Of a stretch of 64,000 nt of DNA, positions 38,691-51,487 are shown in pieces. The stretch lies in NCBI RefSeq assembly GCF_009914755.1, contig NC_060930.1. One strand, 5' to 3'. Source of the stretch: the human T2T-CHM13v2.0 reference genome, Homo sapiens. Both the position numbers and the translations under genes were made by a program. Position 1 is the first letter of the stretch. Every line of letters begins with the position of its first letter. The notes under the pieces are model-generated. The model did not search any database. It was not told where the DNA came from and saw only the letters and a list, made by a program, of their open reading frames with translations.

Positions 38691-38975
38691 ATTTAGGTAT
38701 GACAAAAAAATTAGAGATGCCCCCTCTTTCCTGGAATAGACTGTAATGACATAGAAATTGCATGGTACTCAGAGACAGAAAATAATTAAAGGGTTTCATT
38801 CACCATTTGCTGTCAAGGTTGGATTTTTTGATATTCTGAATAATCAGTCCTGGACTAGGATTATTTCTAGGTGGTTCACTTAGTGACAGGTTAGGATACC
38901 AGGCACAGCTCATATTCAAGACTCTGTGAGAAAACTCAGCAACTATTCAAAGGAAAAATGTAGATGCTCTGAACC

Positions 38976-39401
38976 TGTAGTAGATGCCAGAGGGTGCCAC
39001 ACAGCTCTACCCTTCAGTACCTAACCTTCATTCTCTCAGCTGCTGGAAGGTCTACTGCCAACAGTCATGGCAGACTCTTTCCCAAAAACTGTCCTCCACC
39101 AAAGGCAGCTGCTTTGCTCAAATATACTCACCCCAATCATGGGAGCCCTAATTCAAAGATTGATTGTTAGAGCTTGGGAGTTACAAAGATCTTATTTCAT
39201 TGCCTCAATTTGGGACTTCTCTAAAAGAGCATCAGCTTCACCACTCTTTGTGGGCTAGGCAACTACATTGCAGTTAAACTCCCTCTGCCCACTTCTACTT
39301 CCTTCACTCCCTCATAGATGCTATATCCAAGAGCATGTCAAATAATTTGTGTATACAAATCTCCATATCAGTGTTTGTTTCTGGGCCATCTTACCTATAC
39401 A
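38976..39401 (+). mobile_element. LTR16-family ERVL solo LTR (LTR16C-like)
   Basis: tgtagtagatgcc...cagctgctggaag...ccctctgccc...cttccttcactccctca...caaatctccatatcagtgtttgtttctggg...taca. Confidence 0.75.
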
Positions 39402-39744
39402 AACCATTTCATATAGCCCAGAATAGAAGTTATGAGCCTATGGGAACATGTAGCCTCCATTTTCCTTTCCTTAGTAGGGTTACAAAGAGAAATGTTTTTT
39501 TCATAATTATTAATAGACATATATATCAAGGAAGAAAGCTCTTGAAACAAAAAAGCTGTAAGCTGGGGCTTTCTTTGGGGCAGATGGATAGCCTATTTTA
39601 ACCTTCTTTGCTTAGGAGCAATAAAAAATGATTGCAGTTTGTTAAGCCCACCAATTTTCTAGGATATATAAGGAGACTATTACATGCATGGTATTAGGGG
39701 TTCTAGGCACATGCAGATGATTTTCTTGAGGATCTGCCATAATC

Positions 39745-39950
39745 CCCTATTTTATTTTTTCATAGTACTTATCATTATATGAAAGCATCTTTAGTTTTTG
39801 ATTTCATTTGCTTATTGTCTTTCTCTCTTTCTCTAGCATATAAGCTCTCTGAAGGCAGAGAGTTTGTCTGATTTCCTGCCACAGCCTGATCTTTTAGAAT
39901 CTTTCTCAGCATGCAAAAAGTGCTCAATACCTAACTGTTAAATTAAGTGC
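39745..39950 (+). mobile_element. L2a 3' end, probable continuation of the 38.4-38.7 kb L2
   Basis: catagtacttatca...tataagctctctgaaggcagagagtttgtctg...gtgctcaatac. Confidence 0.75.
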
Positions 39951-40269
39951 TGCTCTGTGTACTTTTTAAAAATTTTCTGATGTGTAGATGGATGGCCAAG
40001 GATTTTCAGTCAGTATTTAGAGCTAGTGAGAACTCTGAGTCTTGCAGGTGCTGGGAAATACTGATTAAGGCATATATAGGAGACAGACCTGTAAAGTTCT
40101 TATAAACTGCCAAGAACAGAGCCATAGCAGATAAGATCTATAGTTTATCTCCATGGGAAGTTGCTGGTCATTTGCTAGCCAGAATGAACTGAAGTTGAGA
40201 AGTCAAGACAAAATGTGGCTCACACAGAAAACAGGGGAATCCAGAAGCCAGAGAGCAGGTCAATATAGA

Positions 40270-40460
40270 TTATAGTGCTTCTGAGCTGGAACTGAATCCC
40301 AGCTTCATCCTGTATGTGTGACCTTGGCCAAGTCACTCAATGGGCATAAGTAGTCTTTGCATATCTATCAAATAAGGTTAATAATAGCACAGAAGAAGTC
40401 TTATTAAAAAGACTGAACAAGTTAAATCTTGCACATTAAACATATAATAAATATTAAGTT
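40270..40460 (+). mobile_element. MIR SINE
   Basis: tgaatcccagct...tgtgtgaccttggccaagtcactcaa. Confidence 0.7.
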
Positions 40461-40854
40461 CTTTTTAGCAAGCAAGCAAGCCAGTTGGCCAACAGAGAAA
40501 GGTAAGGCAGGACTAGTTAGAGAAGCAAGTCTTGGGATTTGTACACTCTAAGAATGAGTAACTGAGGCAGTTAGATTTCTTCCCCTTGCTGGCTGCTGGA
40601 CTTTGCATTTTGCTCTTGGCATAGGAGCTGAAATGGTGACCCTTATAGCTGTAGTAGAATCCTGTGACCCTTACCTATGAGCTCAAGGAAAGTTAAGACG
40701 TTCTGTACAAGTGAAATGTTGTACTTCTTATCCTCATAAGGCAGAGTAATTGGATGTTCAGGAGCATAAGGCTATAACTTTGTGAAACAGCCTGCTCTGA
40801 GATCTCTTTGATTACAGGAAAGGAACAAGAAAGCCCTCCAGGGTGTAGAGCCTA

Positions 40855-41108
40855 GGCTGTCCTAGTCTGAGACATGCTCTTTTGAATTGCGAACACTAAG
40901 TACAAAAAAGGATGTAATATGTCTCATTAATAATTTTTTATATTGACTACACATTGAAATAATACTTTGAATATATTGTGTTGAATAAAATACATTATTA
41001 GAACTATTTCACTCTTTCTTGTTTTTAAACAAAGCTACTAGAAATTTTAACGTTACATATGGACTCAAATTTGTGGCTTGCATTATGTTCCCATTGGACA
41101 GTGTTGGT
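40855..41108. mobile_element. MER33-like hAT-Charlie element
   Basis: gtctcattaataattttttatattgactacacattgaaataa...gctactagaaattttaacgttacatatg...cattggacagtgttg. Confidence 0.8.
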
Positions 41109-43377
41109 CTGGCATTTGCTTTACAGAGTCAGCTCAGCAGTCGGTATGTTTGAGAGATAAAAGGGTTCTCGCTGCACCATTCAGTCTTCAGTGTTGACTC
41201 TTCAGCTATAAGGGACCTCTTGACTAAATAGATGAGGTTTGTACATTGATAGTTGTAGGTTTCTGATTTGTGAGCCAAAAATAACGTACAAGCTGTTAGG
41301 TGCAATCTCTGAGAGTTTTATTTAAGAGCACATTTAGGTCAATGTTAGCTTTTCTTTTATATATTGCAAGCAGAAACTGATCCTGTTAAATTTAATGGCA
41401 ATGCATTAAATTAGTGAGTCATCATCCCTCTGAGGTGAACTAAGTGTAATGTGCCACTAGACCTTTCTAGCAGCCTATATTCAGAATTGTGATCTGATCT
41501 CTAATGGCTAAAATGCGTGCATACTCTATGCCTGTGAATTAAGGAGGTAGAATGGATTGAGCAGTATCTTAAGGGTGCTTGAGATTAGAGGGAACACAAT
41601 ATTTTTATTCGTGTTCCTCTCCTTTAAGTAAAGTTGTAAATTTATCTAAAATTTTAAAACTCTTCGTGGAAGTTACATAATTAAAAGTAAATTAGTATTA
41701 GTAAAACTTCCTGAAAGGAGCCAGACACACTCAGAGAATAAAAGACTAGGAATTGGTATGAAGTATAAAATTATCTGGAGAGTCAGCTTGATTAAAAAAA
41801 GGAGGTTTAGAGTCTCAGAGATGCCATTCAGATGACTGACTAGAGGTGCCCAGCACTTACCTCCTCCACGAAGAAGGACAAAAACAGTGAGTAAATAACC
41901 ACATGTCAAATAGAGCATATAAAGGAGTGCAGTAGAATTCAGCAGAACAGAGACAGGGATCCTCTAAGTCATGGAAACTTGAGACGGCAGAATAGAGAGA
42001 AGTGAAATAGCCAGATGGGGTTGGTTTGGAGCCAGGAGGGACTCCTCGTTGTAGGGAAAGGGAAAGACAGAGATCTCCAGCAATCCGCATTCCCACCACA
42101 GATGCCTGCAATCCTAGCAACAGGAGAACCTCTCTGCTCTTACAGGCCCTGAGCCTAATACAGAAAGCTGCCCGGAGTCCATGTGACTACATTGTCCCAG
42201 AAAGGGATTTTATGGTGAATCCCATCCACTTTCTAGGACCCAAGCTGCTGCAGGACAGTACCATTTTGAGAAAAGAACCAAAAGCAGGTTGCATCCCTTC
42301 CGGGGGCTGAAAAACCCCTGTATCCGCACATACCTAAGGTGCAGACATCCCCCAGATCCACCGCAAAGGCTGCAGCATTGATACACCAGTTGAATTCAGA
42401 AGACGGGCACATCCCTGGCACCTGAGTGCCCTACAACTCAGAAAACAGGCAGTCCAGCACATTAGGAGGCTGCCCTAAGATATAGGAAACTGAAGCATGC
42501 ACTCCCTAAAGCCTGAGAGCTTTCTGCCTCGGTCCACCACCACATACAGACATCTTGCCCTCTTTAGCAATGGGGCCACTGCACTCTGAAGCATGACACC
42601 TGAAGACCTGCCCAGGCTGCTGCTGCCACCACAGGTATCTGCACGAGCTGCTTGGGAATCCAGGGATTGGTTCTCTTAGGCCCCACTGCCACCACCATGA
42701 AGGCCTCTGAATGTCTGCGACTGCCATTGCCACTACCACGGCCTGTGTGTGTTGTCTGGGGACCCAAATACCAGCCTTCCCAGCCTTCCACTGCCACTTC
42801 TGGTGCCTGCACATGGCATCTGGGCACCCAAAGACTTGTCCACCCAGAGCTGTGACTGCTACCATTGGCACCATGTGCACCACCTGGGGCACCAAGAACC
42901 AGTCCACTTTAGGCCAACTGTCACCACAGCTGGTACCCATGCACACCACCCAGTGGCTACAGGACCAACCCACCCAGCACCACAATCCCCAGCAAAGCCT
43001 CACCACAGCCTCCATAAAAAACCACAGTTGAAGCCACTGAACAACACATAGGCACTGCCAATGTTGATTACTGCTAAAGACACCATACAGAGATTACACT
43101 ATGATACCCACCCAGAACCAAGACCGAAGTACCCTACCCAACTAACACTAAATATACATCTACAGGAAATAGTCTTCCCCTGTGAAAGCTACTACATACA
43201 TATGGAAGAAGTGCCTGTTAGACCAGATACACAGATATCAATGTGAGGATATTAGAAACATGAAAAAGCAAGGAAACATGACACCTCCAAAGGCACATAA
43301 TAATTCTCCAATAACAGACCTCCCTCACAAAAGAAAATCTATGAAAAACCCGAAAAGGAATTCAATATAATGATCTT

Positions 43378-46229
43378 TTTTTACTTTTAGGAGTACATGT
43401 GCAGGTTTGTTACATAGGTAAACTTGTGTCATGTAAGTTTGTTGTGCAGATTATTTCATCACCCAGGTATTAAGTCTAGTATCCATTAGTTATTTTTCCT
43501 CATCCTCCTCTCTCCTCTCACCCTCTACCCTCTGATAGGGCTCAATGTATAATTTTCCTCTCTATGTGTCCATGTGTTTTCTTCATTTATCTCCCACTTA
43601 TAAATGAAAACACACAGTATTTTTTTTTCTGTTCCTGCATTAGTTTGCTAATGAGAACAACCTCCGGCTCCATCCATGTCCCTGCAAAGGACATGATCTT
43701 GTTCTTTTTTATGGCTGCATAGTATTCCATGGTGTATATGTAACCACATTTTCTTTATTCAGTCTATCATTAATTGATGTTTAGATTGATTTCATGTCTT
43801 TGTTATTGTGAATATGGATGCAATGAATATCTGCATGTATGTGTCTTTATAATAGAATGATTTATATTCCTTTGGGTATATACCCAGTAATGAGTTTGCT
43901 GGGTCAAACAGTATTTCTGTTTTTAGCTATTTGAGGAATTGCCACACTGTCTTCCATAAAGGTTGAACTAATTTACACTCCTACCAACTGTGTATAAGCA
44001 TTTCCTTTACTTTGCAAGCTTGCCAGCATCTGTTATTTTTTGACTTTTTAGTAATAGCCATTATGACTGATATAAGGTGGTATCTCGTTGTTCTTTTGAT
44101 TTGTATTTATCTAATGATCAGTGATGTTGAGCTCTTTGTTTTTTGTATGTTTGCTATATGCATGTCTTCTTTTGAAAATTGTTTATTCATGTCCTTTGCC
44201 CACTTTTTAATGGGGTTGTTTTTTCTTGTAATTTTTTAAAGTTCCTTATAGATGTTGAATATTAGACCTTTGTCAGATGCATAGTTTGTTAAAAATTTCT
44301 CCCCTTCTGTAGGTTGTCTGTTTACTCTGTTGATAGTTTCTTTTGCTGTGTAGAAGCTCTTTAGTCTAATTACGTCCCATTTGCCAATTTTTGATTTTGT
44401 TGCAATTGCTTTTGGCATTTTTATCTTGAAATCTTTGCTTATGCCTACGTTCTGAATGATATGGCCTAGGTTTTCTTCCAGTGTTTTTACAGTTTCTGGT
44501 TTTTGCATTTAAGTCTGTAACCCATCTTGCAATAATTTTTGTATATGGTGTAAGGAAGGGGTCCAGTTTTAATCTTTTGCATATGGCTAGCCAGTTATCC
44601 CAGCACCATTTATCCAGTAGAAAATTCTTTCCCCATTGCTTGTTTTTGTCATGTTTGTGAAAGATCAAATAGTTGTAGGTGTGTGGTCTTATTTCTGAGT
44701 TCTTTATTCTGTTCCATTGGTCTATGTGTCTGTTTTCTTATGAGTACCATGCTGTTTTGGTTACTGTAGTGCTGTACTATAGTTTGAAGCTGGGTAGTGT
44801 GATGCCTCCAGCTTTGTTCTTTTTGCTCAGGAGTACCTTGGCTACTTGGACTCACTTTTGGTTCCATAAGAATTTTAAAATAGTTTCTTCTAGTTCTGTG
44901 AAAAATATCAATGGTAGTTTAATAAGAATAGCATTTAATCTATATATTCATTGGCCAGTATGACCATTTTAATGATACTGATTCTTCTATCCATGAACAT
45001 CGAATGCTTTTCTGTTTGTTTGTGCCATCTCTGATTTCTGTGAGCAGTGGTTTGTAGTTCTCTTTGCAGGGATCTTTTGCCTCCATAATTAGCTGTATTC
45101 CTAGGTATTTTATTCTTTTTGTAACTATTGTAAATGGGAGTTTTTTCCTGATTTGGCTCTCAAGTTGATTGTTGTAGGTGTATAGGAATCCTAGTGATTT
45201 TTGCACACTGATTTTGTATCCTGAGATTTTGCTGAAGTTGTTTATCAGCTTAAGAAGCTTTTGGGCTGAGACTATGGGGTTTTCCAGACACAGGATCATG
45301 TCATCTGCAAACAGGAATAGTTTTACTTCCTCTCTTCCTATTTGAATGTCCTTTATGTCTTTCTCTTGCCTGATTGGTCTTGTCAGAACTTCCAATACTA
45401 CGTTGAATGAAAGTGGTGAGAGTGGGCATCCTTGTTTGTGTGGGTTTTCAAGGGGAATAGTTCAGCTTTTGCCCATTTAGTATGATGTTGGCTGTGGGTT
45501 TTTCATATATGGCTCTTATTATTTTGAGGTATGTTCCTTCAATACCTAGTTTAATGAAAGTTTTTAACATAAATAGATGCTGAATTTTATCAAAAGACTT
45601 TTCTACATCTATTGAGATAATCATGTGGTTTTTGTCTTTAGTTCTGTTTATGTGATGAATCACATTGATTGATTTGCCTATGATGAACCAACCTTGCATC
45701 CCAGAGATAAAACTTACTTGATCATGGTAGATAAAATATTTGATGTGCTGCAGGATTTGGTTTTCTAGTATCTTGTTGAGGATTTTTACATTGATGTTCA
45801 CCCAGGATATTGGCCTGAAGTTTTCTTTTTTTGTAATTCTGCCAGGTTTTGGTATCAGAATGATGCTGGCTTCATAGAATGAGTTAGGAAGAAGTCACTT
45901 CTCCTCAATTTTTGGAGTAGTTTCAGTAGAAATGGTACAAACTCTTTTTTGTACATTTGGAAGAATTCAGCTGTCAATCTGCATGGTCGTTTTTTTGGTT
46001 GGAAGGCTATTTATTACATCCTCAAATTCAGAACTTGTTATTGGTCTACTCAGGGATTTAATTTTGTTGTGGTTTAGTCTTTGGAGGGTGTATATATCCA
46101 GGAATTTATGAATTTCTTCTAAATTTTCTAGTTTATATGCATAGAGATGTTCACAGTACTCTCTTATGGTTGGTTGTGCTTCTGCAGGGTCAGTAATAAT
46201 ATCCCCTTTGTCATTTCTGATTGTGTTAA
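43378..46229 (-). mobile_element. 5'-truncated L1PA13-like element nested in L1M ORF1
   Basis: 3' end gtaaacttgtgtcatg...gattatttcatcacccaggtattaag; RT LFADD in 44940..45395; 11-bp TSD ATAATGATCTT at 43367-43377 and 46230-46240. Confidence 0.92.
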
Positions 46230-46614
46230 ATAATGATCTTAAGGAAACCAGAAAATACAAAAGAACACATATGGACAATACAAAGAAATCAAGAAAATAA
46301 TTTATGATCTAAATGAGAAATTCAACAAAGATATAGATATAAAAAAGGACCAAATAAAAAATCCTGGAAATAAATAATTCAATGAATGAATACAATTGAG
46401 AGCTTTAACAGTAGACTATACCCAACAGAAGAAAGAATTTCTGAACTTAAAGAGAGGTCTTTTGAATAACCAAGTCAGATTTAAAAAAGAAAGAAAGAAA
46501 GAAAGAAGAAGAAGAAAGAAGAATGAAGAAAACCAGTGAGACATGGGACACCATCAGTGAAGAAATATTAATATATTGAGAGTTCCAGAAGGAGAAAAGA
46601 TGGAAAAAGGCATA

Positions 46615-47172
46615 TGTATTAGTCAGGGTTCTTTAGAGTGACAGAACTGATAGGATATATGTATATATGAAAGGGAGTTTATTAAGGAGAATTGACTCAC
46701 ATGATCACAAGGTGAAGTCCCATAATAGGTCATCTGAAAGCTGAGGAGCAAGGAAGCCAGTAGTGGCTCAGTTTGAGTCCCAAAGCCTCAAAAGTAGGGA
46801 AGCTGACAGTTCAGCCATCAGTCTGTGGCCAAAGGCCTGAGAGTCCCTGGCAAACCACTGGTGTAAGTTCAAGAGTCCGAAGGCTGAAAAATCTGGAATC
46901 TGATGTTCAAAGGCAGGAAGCATCCACCATGGGAGAAAGATGAAGGCCAGAAAACTCAGCAAGCCAGTTTATTCCACTTCTTCCATCTGCTTTTTCTAGC
47001 CATGCTAGAAGCTAATTGGATGGTGCCCACCCACATTGAGGGTGGGTCTTTCTTTTCTAGTCAACTGACTCAAATGTCAATTTTCTCTGGCAACACCCTC
47101 ACAGACACACCCAGAAACAATACATCATATCCTTCAATCCAATCAAGTTAACACTTAATATTAACCATCACA
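46615..47172 (-). mobile_element. MLT2A/B (HERV-L) solo LTR
   Basis: tgtattagtcagggttct ... ttaaccatcaca; perfect 5-bp TSD GCATA at 46610-46614 and 47173-47177. Confidence 0.93.
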
Positions 47173-47895
47173 GCATAAAAAACATAATAATAAATAATAG
47201 CTGAGAACTCCCCAAGTCTTTAAAGAAATAGAGTCAGTCAGACTCAGGAAGCTCAAAGAGACCTAATAGATTCAACCCAAAAAGATCCTCTTTGAGGCAC
47301 ATTATAGTCAAACTGCCGGAAGTCAAAGACAAACACAGAATTCTAAATATAGCAGGAGAAAGGCATCAAGTCACATATAAAGGAATTCCTACCAGTCTAA
47401 CAGCAGATTTCTGAGCAGAAACCTTACAGGCCAGAAGAGAATGAGATAATATACTCAAAGTGCTGAAAGAAAAATAAACTTTTCACTCAAGAATACTGCA
47501 CCCAGCAAAGCTATCCTTTGGAAATGAAGGAGAAATAAAGTCTTTCCCAGACAAGCGAAAATGGAAAAACTTCACCTACTACGTGGACTCTACAAACATG
47601 CTTAAGGGAATTCTACATCTGGAAGCAAAAGGATAATATGTACCATTATGAAAACACATGTAAGTATAAAACTCACTGGTAGAGCAGATACACAAATGAG
47701 AAAGAGAAAGGAATCAAATGTTGTTATTATAGAAAATCAGCAAGCCACAAAGATAACCAATAAGAGAAAAAGAAAGTAACAAAGGATATTCAAAACAATC
47801 ATAAACCAGTTAAGAAAATGACAGGAGTAAGTCCTCACCTATCAGTAGCAATTTTGAATGTAAACAGTTTAAATCCCCCAGTGTAACAAGATAAT

Positions 47896-48078
47896 AGCTG
47901 GATGTGGTGGTGTACACCTGTGGTTACACAAGTTATACCACTTGTGCCTAGGAATGCTGGCATGCAGTGCTTTATGATTGTGCCTGAGAATAGCCACTGC
48001 ACTATGTAGCCTGGGCAATATGGTGAGACCCCATCTATAAAATACACACACAGACACACACACACACAACACACAACA
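47896..48078 (+). mobile_element. FAM (fossil Alu monomer) with CA-rich tail
   Basis: Single monomer with tatgattgtgcctgagaatagccactgcact...gcctgggcaatatggtgagacccc. Confidence 0.75.
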
Positions 48079-48430
48079 CTGGCTACATGGATAAAAAATA
48101 AGACCCAACTATAAACTGTGTACAAGAAACTCACTTTGCCTGTAATGACACACATTGGCTGAAAGTGAAGGAATGGAAAAAGTTATTCCACACAAATGAA
48201 AACCTAAAGCATGCAGGTGTTGCTATACTTACCTCAGATAAGATAGATTTTAAGGGCAAAAACATAAGAATTGGCAAAAAAGTTATATAATGATAAAGGA
48301 TATGATTCAGCAAGAGGATTTAATAATTGCCAACATATATGCACCCAACACTGGAGCACTTAGATATATAAAGCAAATATTATCAGAGCTAATGAGAGAG
48401 ATAGACATCAATATAAAAAGAGTTGGGGAC

Positions 48431-49199
48431 TGTCTTCATTTATTTCCTTTTTTTTTCCAGGATACGTAAAACTGAATAATTTGTAAAGAAAAATTCTTTC
48501 CTTCCTTCCTTCCTTCCTCTTTTCTTTTCTTTCTTTTTTTTTTATTTCTGATGGAGTCTTGCTCTGTTGCCCAGGCTGGAGTGCAGTGGCACGATCTTGG
48601 CTCACTGCAACCTCTGCCTCCCAGAGGATCGCTCCTCAATCAATCCTCCTGCCTCAGCCCTACTAGTAGCTGGGATTACAAGCACATGCCACCACACCTG
48701 CTAATTTTTGTACTTTTAGTAGAGACAGGGTTTTGCTGTGTTGGCCAGGCTAGTCTCAAACTCCCAACCTCAGGTGATCCACCCACCTCAGCCTCCCAAA
48801 GTGCTGGAATCCCACTTTGGGGTGGCGTGAGCCACTGCACCTGGCCAGAAAATTTATTTCTGGAGGTGAGGGCATCCAAGGTTGAGGGCAGAATCTAGTG
48901 AAGGCCTTCTTGCTGGTGGGGACTCTCTGCAGGGTCCCATAGGGATGCAGGGTATCATATGGTGTAGGGACTGAGCATGCTACTCAGGTTTTTCTTCCTC
49001 TTGTTGTAAAGTCAATAGTCCCATGTCAGTTAAAATCCATTAATCCATTAGCTATTAATCCAAGAATGGATGAATTCATAATGACAACAGAACCTCCATG
49101 ACTCAATCACTTTATAAAGGCTGCACCTTTCAATACTGCCATATTAAGAATTAAGTAGCAACACGAGTTTTGGAGAGGACAAACATTCAAATTACAGCA
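48431..49199 (-). mobile_element. MSTD/MSTC-like MaLR solo LTR interrupted by an Alu
   Basis: ggtggggactctctgcag...ggactgagcatgct...acattcaaattacagca; perfect TSD GGGAC at 48426-48430 and 49200-49204. Confidence 0.85.
48494..48846 (-). mobile_element. AluS (Sx-like) with (CCTT)n-modified tail
   Basis: Full dimer; short agaaaa(a)tt flanks. Confidence 0.93.
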
Positions 49200-50318
49200 G
49201 GGACTTCAACATCCCACTTTCAGCATTGAATAAATAATCGAGGCAGAAAATCAACACAGAAACATCAGACTGAAACTGCACTACAGACCAAGTAGACCTA
49301 ACAGATATTTACAGAACATTTCAGCCAACAGCTCCAAAATACAATTTTTCTCATCGGCACATGGAACATTCTCCAAGATGAACAATATGTTAGGGCACAA
49401 AACAAATCTCAACAATGATAAAAAAATTCAAATCAACTTAAGTATCTTCTTAGACCACAATTGAATAAAACTATACATTTATAACAAAGGGAACTCTAGA
49501 AACTGTACAAATACATGAAAAATTAAATAACATGCCCCTGAACAACCACTGGATCAATGAAGAAATTAAGAGAGAAATAAAAAATATTTCTGGAAATGAA
49601 TGGAATTGTAAACACAACATTCCAAAACCTGTGGGTTACAGCAAAAGCAGTACTAGGAGGAAAGTTTATAGCAATAAATGACTGTATCCTAATAGTAGAA
49701 AGATTTCAAATAAATGACTTAACAATTCACCTCAAGGAGCTAGAAGGCAAGAACAAACTAACCCCTACATTAGTAGAAAGAAAGAAATAACAAAGATCAG
49801 GGCAGGCATAAACAAAATAGAGACTAAAAAATACAAAAGATAATGAAATAAAAAGTGATTTTCTAACACAATAAACAAAATAAAAAACCCTTTCCTAGTC
49901 TAAGAAAAAATAGGGAAGATTCAAATAAATAAAATCAGAAATGAATAAGGAGACGATACAACTGATACCACAGAAATAGGAAGAATCATTTGAGACTCTT
50001 ATGAGCAACTATATGCCAGCAAATTGAAAAATCTAGAGGAAATGAATGTTTCTGAACACAAATGATCTACCAAGATTTAACCAAGAAGAAATACAAAACC
50101 TAAACAAACCTGTAATGATTAATGAGATTGAATCAGTAATAAAAATTCTTTCGTCAACGAAGAGCCCAGGATTAGATGGCTATACTACTAAATTTTAACA
50201 AACATTTAAAGAACTGATACCAATTCTTCTTAAACTATTCCAAAAATTGAAGAGGAGAGAATTCTGTCTGACTCATTTTGCCAGGCTAGCATTACCAAGA
50301 TACCAAGATTAGACAAAG

Positions 50319-50320
<2 letters not shown>

Positions 50321-50355
<35 letters not shown>
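50321..50355. repeat. (AC)n microsatellite
   Basis: About 17 AC units. Confidence 0.97.
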
Positions 50356-50356
<1 letters not shown>

Positions 50357-51215
50357 CTACAGGCCAATATTCCTGATGAAAATAAATGCAAAAATCCTCA
50401 ACAAAATACTAGCAATATGACTCCAACAACATATCAAAAAGATAATACACCATGAAAAAATGAGATTTATCCCAGGAATGCATGATGGTTCAACACATGC
50501 AAATCAATGAATGTGATAAATCACCTTAACAGAATGAGGACAAATGCCCTATAATCATTTCAATATATGCAGGAAAAGTATTTGATAAAATCCAACATCT
50601 CTTTGTGATAAAAGATCTGAACAAATTAGATATAGAAGAAATGTACCTCAACACAACAAAGGCCATAAATAAAAAGCCCACAGCTAACATCATACTTAAT
50701 GGGAAAAAGTGGAAAGTATTTCCTGTAAAAACTGGAAAAAGACCAGGCTGCCCACTTGTATCACTCTTATTTAACACAGTACCTGATATCCTAGCCAAAA
50801 CAATTAGGCAAGAGAAAAAAAACAAAAGACATACAAATTTCAAAAGAGAATCTCAAATTGTTCCTCTTTGCAGGTGACATGATCTTGTATAGAGAAAAAC
50901 CTAAAGAGTCTATCAAAAATGATAAGCAAATTCAGTAAATTTGAAGGATACAAAATTAATATGTAAAAATCAGTAGTATTTCTGCACACCAAGCTGAAAA
51001 AGAAATCAAGAAAGTGACTCCATTTACAATAGCTATTAAAAAACCCATCCAAAAAAAGAAAAAAAACCCATCCAGGAATAAATTTAACAAAGGAGGTGAA
51101 AGATATCTACGATGAAAACTACAAAACACTGATGAAACAAATTGAGGAACATACAAAAAAATGGAAAGATATTTTGTGCTCATAGATTGGAAGAATTTAA
51201 TATTGTAAAAATGAC

Positions 51216-51487
51216 TAATAAGCTTTCGATCTGTATCCCCACCGAAATCTTATATCAAATTGTGATCTCCAATGTTGGAGGCAGAGCCTGGTGGGAGGTG
51301 ATTGGATTATGAAGGCGTTTCTCATGAATGGTTTAGCACAATCTTCTTGGTGCTGTTCCCATGAGAGTGAGAGAGCTCGCATGAGATTTGGCTGCTTAAA
51401 AGTATATAGCACCCCCTCCTCTATCTTCCTCCTGCTTCTGCCATGTGAGACACTGTGCTCCCCTTTGCCTTCTGCCATGATTGGAAG
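51216..51487 (+). mobile_element. MSTA LTR, 3'-truncated
   Basis: Colinear with the MSTA at 34522 up to ccatgattggaag, then stops. Confidence 0.88.

Larger units (their letters stand above)
41815..51215 (+). mobile_element. L1M2-type (older L1MA) LINE-1 with long 5'UTR, ORF1 and most of ORF2, interrupted by nested insertions
   Basis: 5' end cagatgactgactagaggtgcccagcacttacctcctccac; ORF1 start MKKQGNMTPPKAHNNSP near 43260; ORF2 remnants FQNLWVTAKAVLGGKFIA (49596..) and KTGKRPGCPLVSLLF (50605..). Confidence 0.88.

Noticed and set aside
42026-43051. Overlapping 67-169 aa ORFs on both strands
   Set aside because: GC-rich repetitive L1M 5'UTR with few stop codons; no recognisable protein
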